From Bugula neritina (Eukaryota; Animalia; Bryozoa): a stretch of DNA of 64,000 nucleotides. This document shows, piece after piece, positions 1-12,210 of this stretch (the stretch's first letter is position 1; each line of letters begins with the position of its first letter). Where the stretch lies: positions 11,750,741 through 11,814,740 of the forward strand of contig OZ037768.1 of assembly GCA_964035545.1 (NCBI GenBank). The letters are read 5' to 3'. A program made the position numbers and the translations under genes. Below the pieces are notes generated by a model. The model saw nothing but the letters and a program-made list of their open reading frames with translations, had not been told where the DNA came from and made no database searches.

Positions 1-3000
1 TGTGGAGTATAATGAAGAACTGTGTGGGGCGAGACCTTTCTAAAATACCTATGCCAGTATGTATCACTCTGTTTTCTCTCTAGTTGTTGATTCAGAGTAA
101 ATCTGTGTTGTGTCACTTGTTATTACTTGCTTGCTTGCGTTTAATGTAGTTAGTAGTAACTTTTCTTCAACTTGCGTTTGCTTGTTGCGAAAAAGGATAG
201 AGTATATATATAATGTTATATAATAATAATGTCACTGCATTATATCAACTCAAACTCTGACCTATGGTTATTTTTACTACTTTATAATGTATCGATTTCA
301 GGTTAACTTCAATGAACCCATGTCTTTCCTGCAAAGACTGACTGAAGACTTTGAGTATTCCTATTGTTTGGATAACGCTGCCAAGTGTGACCAATGGGAG
401 CAGATGTGTTGGGTGGCTGCCTTCACCATCTCCTCGTATTGCTCTACCACTACTCGTACTGGTAAACCGTTCAACCCTCTGCTAGGGGAAACATTTGAAT
501 GTGACAGGAGAGATGATTTGGGTTGGAGATCATTTACGGAGCAGGTGGGCATCATGGTGGTAGTCACATGTAGAATTCAATTTCGATTTACAGCTAAAAT
601 TAATTTTAGGTTTGTTTTATCAACTTTTTTGAGCTAATATTGTTGCATTTGAAGACAGAATAATTATTGTTAAAGTCCTCTAAAAGCTAGTCAATATTTT
701 TGTGAGTTTTATTGGGCAGTGGTTCTTATATTGTTAGGTTAGCCACCATCCCCCAACCTGCGCCATGTATGCCACTGGGAATAGTGGCTGGAGTCTGGAG
801 CAAGAGTTCACCATGTCTAGCAAATTTAGAGGGAAATATCTACAAATTATTCCACTAGGTACGAGGCTGATCTGAGACGGTAGTTAATAGTTTAATTTTA
901 TGATGCTTCAATTCCTCATTTCCGATATAGGCTGGTATTAGGCAGAAACATGTTGAAATACTATGAAAGAAAAGAATAGATTTCTTATTTAAATTCTAAC
1001 TATAAATAGCAAGAATTTAAGTTGTTTATAACTACTCGGTTGGCTATAGTTTCTTTTTTCAAAATTGTTTAAAGAACAACTTGTCACCACTAGTGAGTAC
1101 GAGCAATTAGCTTGTCTGTTAAATAAAATTGTTATCTCTTGTGTTGTCTGTCAGGCATTGCTCACTGCAAGTTTGATGGAAGTGGTAACCACTACACGTG
1201 GCGGAAAGTTACAACCACAGTACATAACATCATAGTCGGCAGGTTGTGGGTTGACAATCACGGTGAAATGGACATTGTAAATCATAAAACAGGAGATAAA
1301 TGCCATTTGAAGTTTTCAGCCTATAGCTACTTTAGTAAAGACATACCCAGAAAGGTAAATTATGGTTTTGTTTATACATATAACTTTTTTAACTAGTTAC
1401 AAGTTACATTCATTTATTTGGTGTTTCATGTTTTTATATTTATTATTACTTTGTTGAACAGGTGACAGGTGTGGTGACAGATAAACAAGGTACCGCAAGG
1501 TGGGTGTTGAGAGGCACTTGGGATAGTCAGATGGAAGCTGCCAAAGTTCTTGGTACTTCACAACATGGCAGCAAACCCGTATTTGAAACTGGAGAATATA
1601 AAGTTGTGTGGAAAAGAAAGTTTCCGCCGTGAGTGCTATGGTGTTCTCTGCCAACAGTTATGGTCTTAGGAATTTCTGCTTACGCGCTTTCCATTGTGTA
1701 ACATGGTGGCGCCTTAGTGCACATGTTTTTTTGCTTCCTCACAAAGAAATATTTTGCAATAATTTATGCTGTGAGCTGGTTTTGATAGAAATTGACAGAC
1801 AACATTATGCTGGCTGCAAATTCTTTTATGTCTACTTATTGTGAGTAGAAACTAAAGAATGTGTGGGCAGTAGTCTGTTGAAAAGGAGGCTGGTGCTGTA
1901 TCTGGGGGGGGGGCGGGGGTGTAAGAAATATGTGGCCCCAATCTTCACTTTTAAGGCGCTTTTCTCTTAGTGAAATAAAAGCTCGCCACACAATGACTAT
2001 TATTTCGCTATTTGTTATGGAAAAATTTATTTAAAGTTGGTGTAATTTTACTAAGAAGTTTGGGAAAGTTTTGTAAACATTTAATATTGTTATCTGTTGA
2101 ATATAGATTACCAAATCTAATTGAAAAATATTTTCAAATTATACAATCTAAAACAAGGTTGACCTGGCCATTGCTGTCTACTCGTCATACTATAACAGTT
2201 CGTTGTATTATTAAGATGCAATGTTAAAATTGATTATAAATCTTGCGATTTTCATTTATATAGTCGAATGATTCAATTTAAATTTTCTAGTTAGCTGGGC
2301 TCAAGTATTATATAAGTTTCTACAGCCATAAAGTATGCAGACGACTATAATTGAAAATGTTAATGACAGTGTGGGTTGCCCTGTAAAACAATTGATGTAT
2401 TGGATTTTTGTGTTTTCATGTTGACAACAATGCTCAAAAAGATTTCATTATTACGAAAGATTATGTTTATAATGAATTTGGTACACACTCACTCACTGAA
2501 TTAAGACATTCCTTCACATATAAAAATTTCTATCTTTTTAGATTCAATGCGATTTTATTATCACCGAGTTATTATCATCAAAATTTCTAAACCCAACTTA
2601 GCAAACTTACGATACACCAGTAGTGTTTTATAAATAGTAAACCCTTCTAAATAAGGTATAAAGGCTAAAACACTTTTTCAAGTAGAAATTCTAATAAGCT
2701 AGTTTTATATATTGTTGGCTGCTAAAACCTGTTTTGTAACTATGTAATTTAATTCTGTCCCATATAATTATTTTAAAAATATTGATGTGAGCGTTGTTCA
2801 TTATCCATCTGTGTTTTTCAACTTGTCTATCTTCTATTGTTGCTGTAACTTAGATCAAGCTACCAAATTATGTATAAATACAACGTAACTTGTTAGTGTT
2901 ATCAGAGCATAGTGTTATGGTATAGTGCTATAGCATACTGTAATAGCACTATGCCATAATAATGTTAGAGTGTTATAGCATATGTTTAAATTGAAAGACG

Positions 3001-4001
3001 CCTCTTATAAAGACTGTTTTGCACTATTTGCCACTAAATCTCCAGCTATATGCATGTATATATTGTCATATAAATACTGTGTAGAGCTTATTTGGAGAAG
3101 TGCTACAATATGACAGTTCTTGGTGTGGAGATGAATGAAATTGAAGACGGGGTGGCTCCAACAGACTCCCGTCACAGACCTGACCAAAGACTCATGGAAA
3201 GCACACTATGGGATGAGGCTAACAAAGAGAAACAGAGACTAGAAGAGAAGCAGAGAGCAGCCAGAAGGTTGAGAGAAAAGGAAGCAGAGCTGGCCACTGC
3301 TGAAGGTGTGTGTACAGCGAGTCTATCACTACGTTTCCAAGCTTGCATTATGCGGAATGGATTTTTCTTTTGATAATTAAAAACAGTTGCATCGAATGAA
3401 ACTAAAACCACAAGTTTATGTAAACTGCAATCGCCAAGTCCTCTGTATGAGCATCAGTTCGCATAATTCAAAGTATTGGAAATGCAGTGTAGGTAGCAAA
3501 TGTGAAAGAGTTTGCTGCATTGTTGTATATATCTTTTTTAAAAGCAAGTTGAATTCTGTATATTGCTGCTCACGTTGAACATCGTGCGCTTAACAACACT
3601 CAGCATAAATATTTTCATTTTATCGAGGTGTTGGAATGATTACTGGGCCAAAAAGATTATTTGTAACTTTTTAGTTTTCGAAAAGCCTGTCTCCTACACA
3701 TAAGCTTGACTGGAAGTATTCATATCATTTTATAATGGAATGTCTATTTATATAACATGTAATGGTTGGAGTGCAGCAAACGTTGCAAATTTACAGTTGC
3801 ATTTTGGTCACTGCTGCCATAGTGAGTGAAATTGTTATTTGTTTATGATATCTTACAGGTAAAAGTTTTCCTGAATACCAACCTTCGTGGTTCAAAAAGA
3901 CCAAGGATCCCATCACTGGTAACCTGATACACATGTTTACTCATGAATACTGGGATTGTAAGGACAAACAAGACTTTATTCGTTGTCCTGATATATTCTG
4001 A
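1..4001 (+). CDS. OSBP: Oxysterol-binding protein (OSBP/ORP4-type), 3' part; gene starts upstream of the window
   Basis: Phase-consistent exons <1-56, 302-544, 738-858, 1155-1354, 1462-1628, 3085-3305, 3859-4001 give WSIMKNCVGRDLSKIPMPVNFNEP, KPFNPLLGETFE, EQVSHHPP signature, HNIIVGRLWVD, PTDSRHRPDQR, EKQRLEEKQR and a C-terminus CPDIF*. Confidence 0.95.
3312..3415. mobile_element. Partial copy of the 39053-39217 repeat in an OSBP intron
   Basis: TACAGCGAGTCTATCACTACGTTTCCAAGCTTGCATTATGC...AAAACAGTTGCATCGAAT...AACCACAA aligns with the minus strand of about 39120-39217. Confidence 0.6.
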
Positions 4002-5393
4002 GAGAATTTTATTGTGTGACCTGTGGTTTGTTAGGTTCTAGTGAATTTAAATTATTTATTCTCTTATATCTTCTTAGTATATGTGAATTGTATACTAATA
4101 CTGTGTCTATGGTGCTAGCAGTTATATCACATATCTTCCTTCAAGCATGAAATTCCTTTTTTAAGTCATGAAATGCAGTGCGCATATATTTTGGCATATC
4201 ACCATTCTCTTAACTAGCACAGGTACCATACAGTGTCGGCCAACTGCAGTCTAGTGATTCTAACTGGAATTTTGTATACAATCTTGGAATGGCTAATCTG
4301 TAGCATTTCATCTGAATGTTAAGACTTATCAACTGATACTGTTGCTTGAGCTGTCGCATTATTTTATACTATGGAAATGTTGCACTATACTATAACTATT
4401 ATTTGCAACACTTGTCAATATGTCTTTTTTATTCTGAGATTTTTGAATTAAGAACTAGTGATTCCATTTTTTGATTGCTATAGTGTTTATTTAAGGTGAA
4501 GCAAGTTGATTTGTTTCCTGAAATAGCAATATGAATTCATAATTTACTAAACCTAATAGTTCTGCTAAGTAATCGACTATAATTAATTATAAGTTGCATG
4601 CAAAATAATTTGATAAGAAATGTTTACTATGGCTTGTGTCCTTTATTAAGTGATTTGTGGCATTACATACTAAAGTAAACATGACTTGATGGAAACATGG
4701 TATATGTCGGTTAATAAAAATTTTAACATAACCTCTCATGATTCAATCTCTTAACTTACACAGTTTAAGACTTCAAGTGTGTTTATTTGAAACACGCTCA
4801 ATTTTATCAGCTTGCTCATTTTATGAGTTTATAAATTCACAAACCAATATATATTCTTGTTGAAACTGAAAGAATAAACTGTTCATAGTAAGCTAGTTTT
4901 ATTTGACAATTATAAATATTGCAGGTTTACAAGAGGACAAACCATATAAGCACTAAAATTTTAAATTAGTTATGAAAATTAAAAAATACAACACAATAAT
5001 ATTACATAGTATGTTTGCAGTTGAAAATATTGCCTTACTAACAACATACAAATTCACTGATACATACAGAATTATTAATGACTACACCACATAGATATAC
5101 TTGAAAATAAATTCAAGTGCTAATTTACAATGGTATGTATATAGGCTCAATTGAGCACCAACTATTGTCGAAAACAAATCATTATGTAACCTTTGTTAAT
5201 TATAAACTTACAGGCATATGTACTTATACTCTATAACATAAACGCTTGGGTCAATATTTTTTTCATTCAAATACTTTGCACACAACAAAAACTGTTCTAT
5301 AACTATTTTTAAAAAATATCTACATTTGGTTTATCTTTTCACATTGTCAAGTTACTTGGTGAAAAAAATATTTATCTTAACATGCTAGTAGGT

Positions 5394-6662
5394 TTAGGAT
5401 ACAGTTGAAATTTGACCTGTATCTTTTAGAAACCCATTGTTGCCGTTCAAGGATGTAGAATGATTGAATTGGGTGTTGTTAGAAGGCCTTTTATTTACAG
5501 CTACTGAATCAGAAATGTGGGTTTTGAAGAATTTTCTATTTTTATGCAAATTAAGCAAAAATATATCTGAGAGAATAGATGCAATACTTAGCAGGGCAAG
5601 ACTTGAGCCGATATTTAGAATAAATTGCTGGAAGCTAAACTTTCGAGCAATAGCCTCAACTTCCAAGACAAACAGAATGCCATAAGCTTTGACCAAATGA
5701 CGTTTTTCAACACCATCTTCTCTGTAGTTGGTAGCGTATCGGAAGTTGTACCCTGGTGCACTGTTGCTGTTGTAATTGTCAAGTCGTTGGAATTTGTAAT
5801 AAGGTTTGCATTCAGTTTCATTATAATCAAGATCACAGTCCCAATGAATTCTAATAGAGATCACTGCACCTTTTTTAGATATCGATTTGTAGTAAGCATC
5901 GTTGTCTAGCACTGCATCTTCATCTTTTGCTGATCGACTGAGACTTACAATGTCTCCAATTCTAAAGATAGGACAGTGTGGGTGGTTGTCAGGATGATAT
6001 CGGCAATAAGAGAGGTAGGCTTTGTCCACCAATTCTATTAAATTACTTCTACCTACGTCAAAGTATGGGAAGTATACATGATTTTTTATCAGCACAGTAA
6101 AGTCAGCAGTATGTTCGAGTCTTGCATAATCCCCATCTATGGGTGGACTATCATCCTCAGTAGGACACCAAGCTCTGATCATACACGTTTTAGTCGTTTG
6201 ATTACAAATTCCATTAGTAACTCCATAGCCCAAATGATACGGCGTTTCAACAGGAGAGCAGTCACTATCTATTTCACAAGGTCCTTTCACACTCGGACAT
6301 GTTCCAGGAGTCTGACTTTTTGTGACAATAACATTGGTAGTCAGGAAGAATGCTCCGTTATCTTGAGGAGGAACATGCAGATCAATAGAATCCCAGACTC
6401 TGTCACCAACTCTAGGGTCTGTAGAGTTGCTATGAGCTATACCTTTAAGTTTACTGGTAGTTACACCAACAGCTCCGTTGTCAACGTGTTGGTAGCCCTT
6501 GAAGATGATAAACACCCATACTATTACTACCACGAATAGTAACAGTTGAGCCACTCTGTTCAACACTCCTATGCACTTGGATTCAATTTGGACCACTTTA
6601 GGTGTTTCATAACTAAAGAAATAATCTATCAACCAGTTTCTTATAGACTGCTTGAGCGGCAT
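5394..6662 (-). CDS. P2X purinoceptor (ATP-gated ion channel), copy 1, single-exon CDS, 422 aa
   Basis: YETPK N-terminal motif, TM1, KLKG, 10 ectodomain Cys, GYNFRY, LVKAYGI, TM2 NIGSSLALL. Putative 5'UTR acceptor (TTTTTTAGTTGCAG on minus strand) at 6686-6687. Confidence 0.96.
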   Translation of the reverse strand: MPLKQSIRNWLIDYFFSYETPKVVQIESKCIGVLNRVAQLLLFVVVIVWVFIIFKGYQHVDNGAVGVTTSKLKGIAHSNSTDPRVGDRVWDSIDLHVPPQDNGAFFLTTNVIVTKSQTPGTCPSVKGPCEIDSDCSPVETPYHLGYGVTNGICNQTTKTCMIRAWCPTEDDSPPIDGDYARLEHTADFTVLIKNHVYFPYFDVGRSNLIELVDKAYLSYCRYHPDNHPHCPIFRIGDIVSLSRSAKDEDAVLDNDAYYKSISKKGAVISIRIHWDCDLDYNETECKPYYKFQRLDNYNSNSAPGYNFRYATNYREDGVEKRHLVKAYGILFVLEVEAIARKFSFQQFILNIGSSLALLSIASILSDIFLLNLHKNRKFFKTHISDSVAVNKRPSNNTQFNHSTSLNGNNGFLKDTGQISTVS

Positions 6663-9600
6663 GTCTGTAGATCCTCAACAGTCAACTGCAACTAAAAAAT
6701 ATCTAAAGCTGAACACATGTATAGTTTTAAAATAACTGAAATTGAAATGTAAATTAAAAAAACGTGGCAGTTTGATATTTGATACGGATTCTACAAACTT
6801 ATTACTGCTACCTAAAAATGTAAGTTTATTTACAAGTAAAGAAGCTCATAACAGGAACAGTGACTGCTTTATCTGCACCAGTCTTTATTAAAATTGCAAA
6901 TATCAATTTTCAGTTCTATGCATGCTATCTACAGACCTTCAGAAAATAGTAGAACGTACCTTCTAGTATGATGAGTTAACAATCAGCAGGAATCATCGAA
7001 AGTGCCTTAAATGAAACAGCTTTTGGTATTATCTGGTTTTTATAACGCTTACAGAAGTCAACAAATCCTGGCGGCAGTACAATCCCAGAGCAACTCAAGT
7101 TCAACGTACAAACTATTATTAACAAAACCAGCATTTTGCTGAACATCTAAGGAATGGATGATGTCAATCACAAGTAGATTAATCACTTCTAATGGTAGAT
7201 AATCTGGTCAGCATTTGATCATCTCAAACTGCTCACTGCTTGTTGTGCAATCTGAAGTTCTCATTTCTATGAATAGAGTTTTTACAATATCTGGTTGGTT
7301 AGAATTGCAAATAGAACTGCAATGACCATCAGATTTCTCTGTAGTTGAAGTTTTAGCCTCCAATTAACATGTTGTTACATCCTAGTTAAAACCAGCTTAT
7401 AGTTTGCTTGCAGTTGTAATTACAAAAATTGAGTTTAAACACAATATATTTGCTGCTTTGATCATCACTATCACAGTTGTCATTTTGGCATAATTTCTTT
7501 CATAAGTTACTAAAGACTGTGACATTTTATAAGCAAAAGCACTAAATTCAAAAAATATCACCCGAAGGTATAAATTTTGAACGTTTTTCCAATGGAAAAA
7601 TATTATAGTAAGAGAAGCATTGTCAGCAATAAACACAGTATCATAGCAAGATGCATAGTGTCATAGCAAAAGACAGAGGTTGCATCTACACATAATGCGC
7701 GTGCCTATGCCTGTACATGGGCATGTGTGTGTAAACAAAATATACACCAAGAGTAGGACATGATTGCTGGGTTGTTTACTTTTTATAATGCTGGATTTTT
7801 TAAGCAGCTGAGAAATGCTTACATAACGAAATAGAGACTAGATATGAATAGCTTAACATTTCAAGAGGATGTGAAGTGCTTTTGTGGAGTGACAACTCCA
7901 ATTGTTGCAAGTTGAAGAGCTATCAATGAAGTAATTTTATTTTGAAACTTTAAGCTGGGAAATATGTGGCCAGTTAGAAAAACCAAGAAATTTTTTCATG
8001 AAGTTTAGGCAGACATCTTGTACTTATCAGTTTGACATTTTTAAGGAGTTTCATTTAAAACCAGACCAGTACTAAGTATGCCACCATAATTAACCCAGGA
8101 AACCGTCTTGGTTTCTTTTCTTAAGACCACAAACATAAAAGCTACAAAAAACCTAGTTTTATGTAATAAACTAATTACCAATGATGCCAAAAACATTTCT
8201 GTACAATCATGCAACATAAGCACTAGGGCTGCTAAAAAACTTGTTGGCTGTAATTGACGGGTTTAGAATTTGAACAATACCATATTTAGCACATTTAATA
8301 GCCAACTACTGTTGCGTTTTAGTGATATTATCAAGTTGCAGATATTTTCTGTTGTGCCAACATCAAGTTGCTTTAAAAATGGAGAATACAATACTTTATT
8401 GTAATTTTTTTAATTTGACACTACTATTAGGTTTTGTCTTCGTGCATGTTCAAATTTCATCTCTACAATGTTAAACTGTTAATGGTAAGTAATATTAAAT
8501 AACTTCAAGAAAAAACAAATTATATGCAATACAAATCTTAAAATTACACTTACCAAACTAGTTTTGTTTAAAAAGCATTTACATAGTAGGACTTGAGCAA
8601 AATTTCATTTAGGTGCAGTAACAGAGAAGTTCTAATAGCCAAGTCCTTTAAATTGTAATAATTTACGGTTTGGGGTGAAGTTGATAATGTCACAAGAAAA
8701 TAATATTTGTTGCTACATTCTTTTTAATTTTTTCATCAGTGCTGCACATATCTTTAAAGAAAAAATAGTTTGATTTCATTTGTCTGGTAATTTCAACTTA
8801 AAAAGTTAATTGATAATATTTTCATTGTGCTGAAACTTTGAGGGATCTGAAGGCGGAAATGTAGCCCAAATGCATGTTCATCCTTTACTTTACTTATTAG
8901 ACAAGCTAGCATAAATACCTGCAACTTTTCCTTTAAGGGTAGATTGATTATATAGTGCATAACAGCTCACCTCTTATTTAGTGCAGATCAATTAGGTGTA
9001 AATTTGATTACAGGAAAAAAAGTATTTCTAGCAGACAAATGGCTGATATGCAATCTCTGTTATAATTAAGTTTGAACATTAAAATATAGAATCTCATAAA
9101 AGTAGTATATTTATAGTTAATAACACAGTATTATGCTAAGTTAGCAATAAGATGTAACCAAGTAAAGCTTGATTTTGTTTAAAATTATTGCTGTAGACCT
9201 AGATTTAATTGGCTGTTTTGTGCCAATCAAACATACAGTTTCCGTAAAATGATGCTATTGAAAATATGAGCCAAGGCTAGTTATACATCACACTGGTAGA
9301 CACTTGAGTTTTAAAACCTGGGTGTTAGTCAGTAGCTAAAAATGTATATAATCATAACATAATATGAGCCCTCGACATTTGTGCTTTTAAAATATGAAGA
9401 GGCTGAAAATTTTAGCCTGTAGCTAAATTAACAGCAATAGAAGCTCTTCGTTGTCTGGGAACTGCTGAAAAGATAAGCTTGAAATAACTGACATGACTTG
9501 AGTGTTTTTTTAAGAAATTTGTAATTTTTGGTCACTTGAATTTAAAATAGCTTCTTCAATACGTTGTGATACAATGAATTGTAACTTGTGTTTTGTAAGG

Positions 9601-10953
9601 TCATGAGACTTTTGTCTCAGACTGGTGTCTTTAACAGCTGCTCTAAACTTGTAGTGTTTTGTATCATACACCATTTCCGGTTTTATAAGGTATCTATTGC
9701 TAGAATTACATATACGTTAATATATCAACAAAGTTGAACATAGTAATGGTTACAAGTTACTGCTAATTTAGTAATTTACACAAAATAGAGCAACTCTCTT
9801 TTATTAGCATGCAACTATTTTCTTTATATTGCAATTCTTTATTATATGAACATAGAAGTAAGCAAAAAGTAAAAGTATCATTGCCTGCAGCTACTAAATG
9901 CTATTGCATCACACAGCTGATTATCCAGTATACATGATCAAAAGCAACATATTTTGAAACGCTGTCTGTTATTGGCTTTGGTCAGATATAAGTTATGTCA
10001 ACCAGTAATAATATTATTTCTGTATTGAAAGGCATGCGTGTCAAACACTAGCATGGCTTACATTCGGTGTGCTGTTTGTCAATTATACCAAGAGTTTTAA
10101 GAATTACACTTACTTATTCGTAACTCAAAATTGTAAGTATTTCTTTATGTTGTTATTCTTCTGCTGCACGTACTTAAATGTTTGCTATATATTTTTATAG
10201 TCTATTGCATAATTTAGAGAGAAAGTCAATAATTGGGGCTGCTGCCATTTTCTTTTTAAAAAAACTAATGCCGTTCATATAAGTATGCTGGTATTTGAGA
10301 TACAAAGTTACATTGAAAAGCTATAAAGGTGTATAAACTAAAGTTGTTTCCGTTACTCCAAGTACAATATCTGAAGTTACAAAATATGATGAGAGCAAGT
10401 ATTAGTAGGTATTTGAGGTAAAAGTACAGAATTTCTTAAAGCCATTAGGCGTGCTGAATGATTGTGAATGCAATTACATAATTCATTATTTACTTTGTTT
10501 TTCTATGTACAGTAATTTTAGGCACTCTGGTTTGTTAAAAGTTAAAGTTGATAGCTAAGACAAGGTCTGCATTTCATTTCAAAGCTTAGATGTTAGAATC
10601 AATAAATGGTTGGTGTTATGTTTGTTGATTAGCAAAATTTATTAAATAAACATAGAGGGGAACAAAAAGTCCCCAATAAGATTATAAGATTGAACTGCTC
10701 AAGTAAAATTTTAAATGCTTTTACAATTATGTACTCCATGGTGGTTATTATCATTATGCAAATTGCAAACCGCCAATAACTTTCACACAGTCTTTACAAT
10801 TCATTTGGATATTATTTATAAAAGTAAATGCTGTTTGATTTTAGAAAGTCTGGTATTTGTTAAAATAATATTATGTATTTCTCATTTTAGTGAAGTTTTT
10901 AAGGCTCCATAGTCAATGGTTAGGAATATCTGCTTGGCCAAACATTGAAAGCG

Positions 10954-12210
10954 ATGGGAAGCAAGGAAAAAATAAAGAATATAATAAGCAGCTCGTTCTT
11001 TGTCTATTCAACACCTAAAGTTGTGCAAGTAAACTCCAAATGTATTGGAATCCTAAACCGTATGATGCAACTGACTCTTTTCACCATTACTGTAGTCTGG
11101 GTGTTCATACTTAATAATGGCTATCAGTTCATAGATAATGGGGCGGTTGGCGGAACTACGACTAAGGTAAAGGGTGTAGCCTATAGCAATTCCACTGATC
11201 CCAGAGTTGGTGAGCGTGTGTGGGACTCTATCGACCTCCATGTTCCACCTCAAGATAATGGAGCCTTTTTCCTGATGACAAATGTTATTGTCACGGAAAA
11301 TCAAACTTCTGGAACATGTCCAAGTGTGAAAGGACATTGTGAGACAGATAGCGATTGTTTACCAATTAGGAGACCATATCACATGGGTAATGGAGTTACT
11401 ACTGGAATTTGCAATCAAACGACTAAAACTTGTATGATCAGAGCTTGGTGTCCTACTGAGGATGATAGTCCACCAATAGATGGGGATTATGCAAGACTCG
11501 AACATACTGCTGACTTCACTGTGCTGATAAAAAATCATGTGTACTTCCCATACTTTGACATCAGTCGAAGTAATTTAATAGAATCTGTCAACAAAACTTA
11601 TTTAACGACTTGCCAGTACAATATTGATGAGCACAAGTATTGCCCAATATTCAGAATTGGAGACATTGTTAATTTAAGTCGATCAGCGAAGGACAGTGAT
11701 TACCACTTGGATAGGGAGTCGTATTATAGAAACCTTGCTAATGCTGGAGGTGTGATCAATGTCTTAATCCAATGGAATTGCAACTTCGATTTCAGTACGA
11801 CACAGTGCAAACCAGTGTACAAGTTCAAAAGGCTAGACAATAAATACAACAGTGCACCAGGTTACAACTTTCGATACCCTATATATTATAAGGAGCAGGG
11901 ACATCTAAAACGGCAACTTGTCAAAGCTTATGGGATACTATTTTTATTGAAAACTGAAGCTACCGCAAGAGCGTTTGATTTTAAAACATTTATACTAAAT
12001 ATTGGGTCTAGTCTTGCTTTGCTTGGCATAGCTAAAATTTGTTCAGATATTGTACTATTGCACATACATCAAAACCGGGAGCACTTCAAAAAGTTTATCA
12101 TGGCAGCAATAAATGTTAAGAGAGACTCCCTTGTAAAGAGAGACTCTATATCAACGGATAATTCATCTGACGCAAATGAAAAAAGAATTTCTTTAGACAA
12201 TATGAGGTAA
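10954..12210 (+). CDS. P2X purinoceptor, copy 2, single-exon CDS, about 418 aa
   Basis: First true ATG is at 10954 (the ORF track starts at a TTG). YSTPK, KVKG, 10 Cys, GYNFRY, LVKAYGI, TM2. Putative 5'UTR intron: donor GTAAGT near 10133, acceptor TTTTAG ending 10890. Confidence 0.96.
   Translation: MGSKEKIKNIISSSFFVYSTPKVVQVNSKCIGILNRMMQLTLFTITVVWVFILNNGYQFIDNGAVGGTTTKVKGVAYSNSTDPRVGERVWDSIDLHVPPQDNGAFFLMTNVIVTENQTSGTCPSVKGHCETDSDCLPIRRPYHMGNGVTTGICNQTTKTCMIRAWCPTEDDSPPIDGDYARLEHTADFTVLIKNHVYFPYFDISRSNLIESVNKTYLTTCQYNIDEHKYCPIFRIGDIVNLSRSAKDSDYHLDRESYYRNLANAGGVINVLIQWNCNFDFSTTQCKPVYKFKRLDNKYNSAPGYNFRYPIYYKEQGHLKRQLVKAYGILFLLKTEATARAFDFKTFILNIGSSLALLGIAKICSDIVLLHIHQNREHFKKFIMAAINVKRDSLVKRDSISTDNSSDANEKRISLDNMR

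Noticed and set aside
1903-1919. Poly-G run as a G-quadruplex regulatory element
   Set aside because: Isolated intronic homopolymer with no further support.
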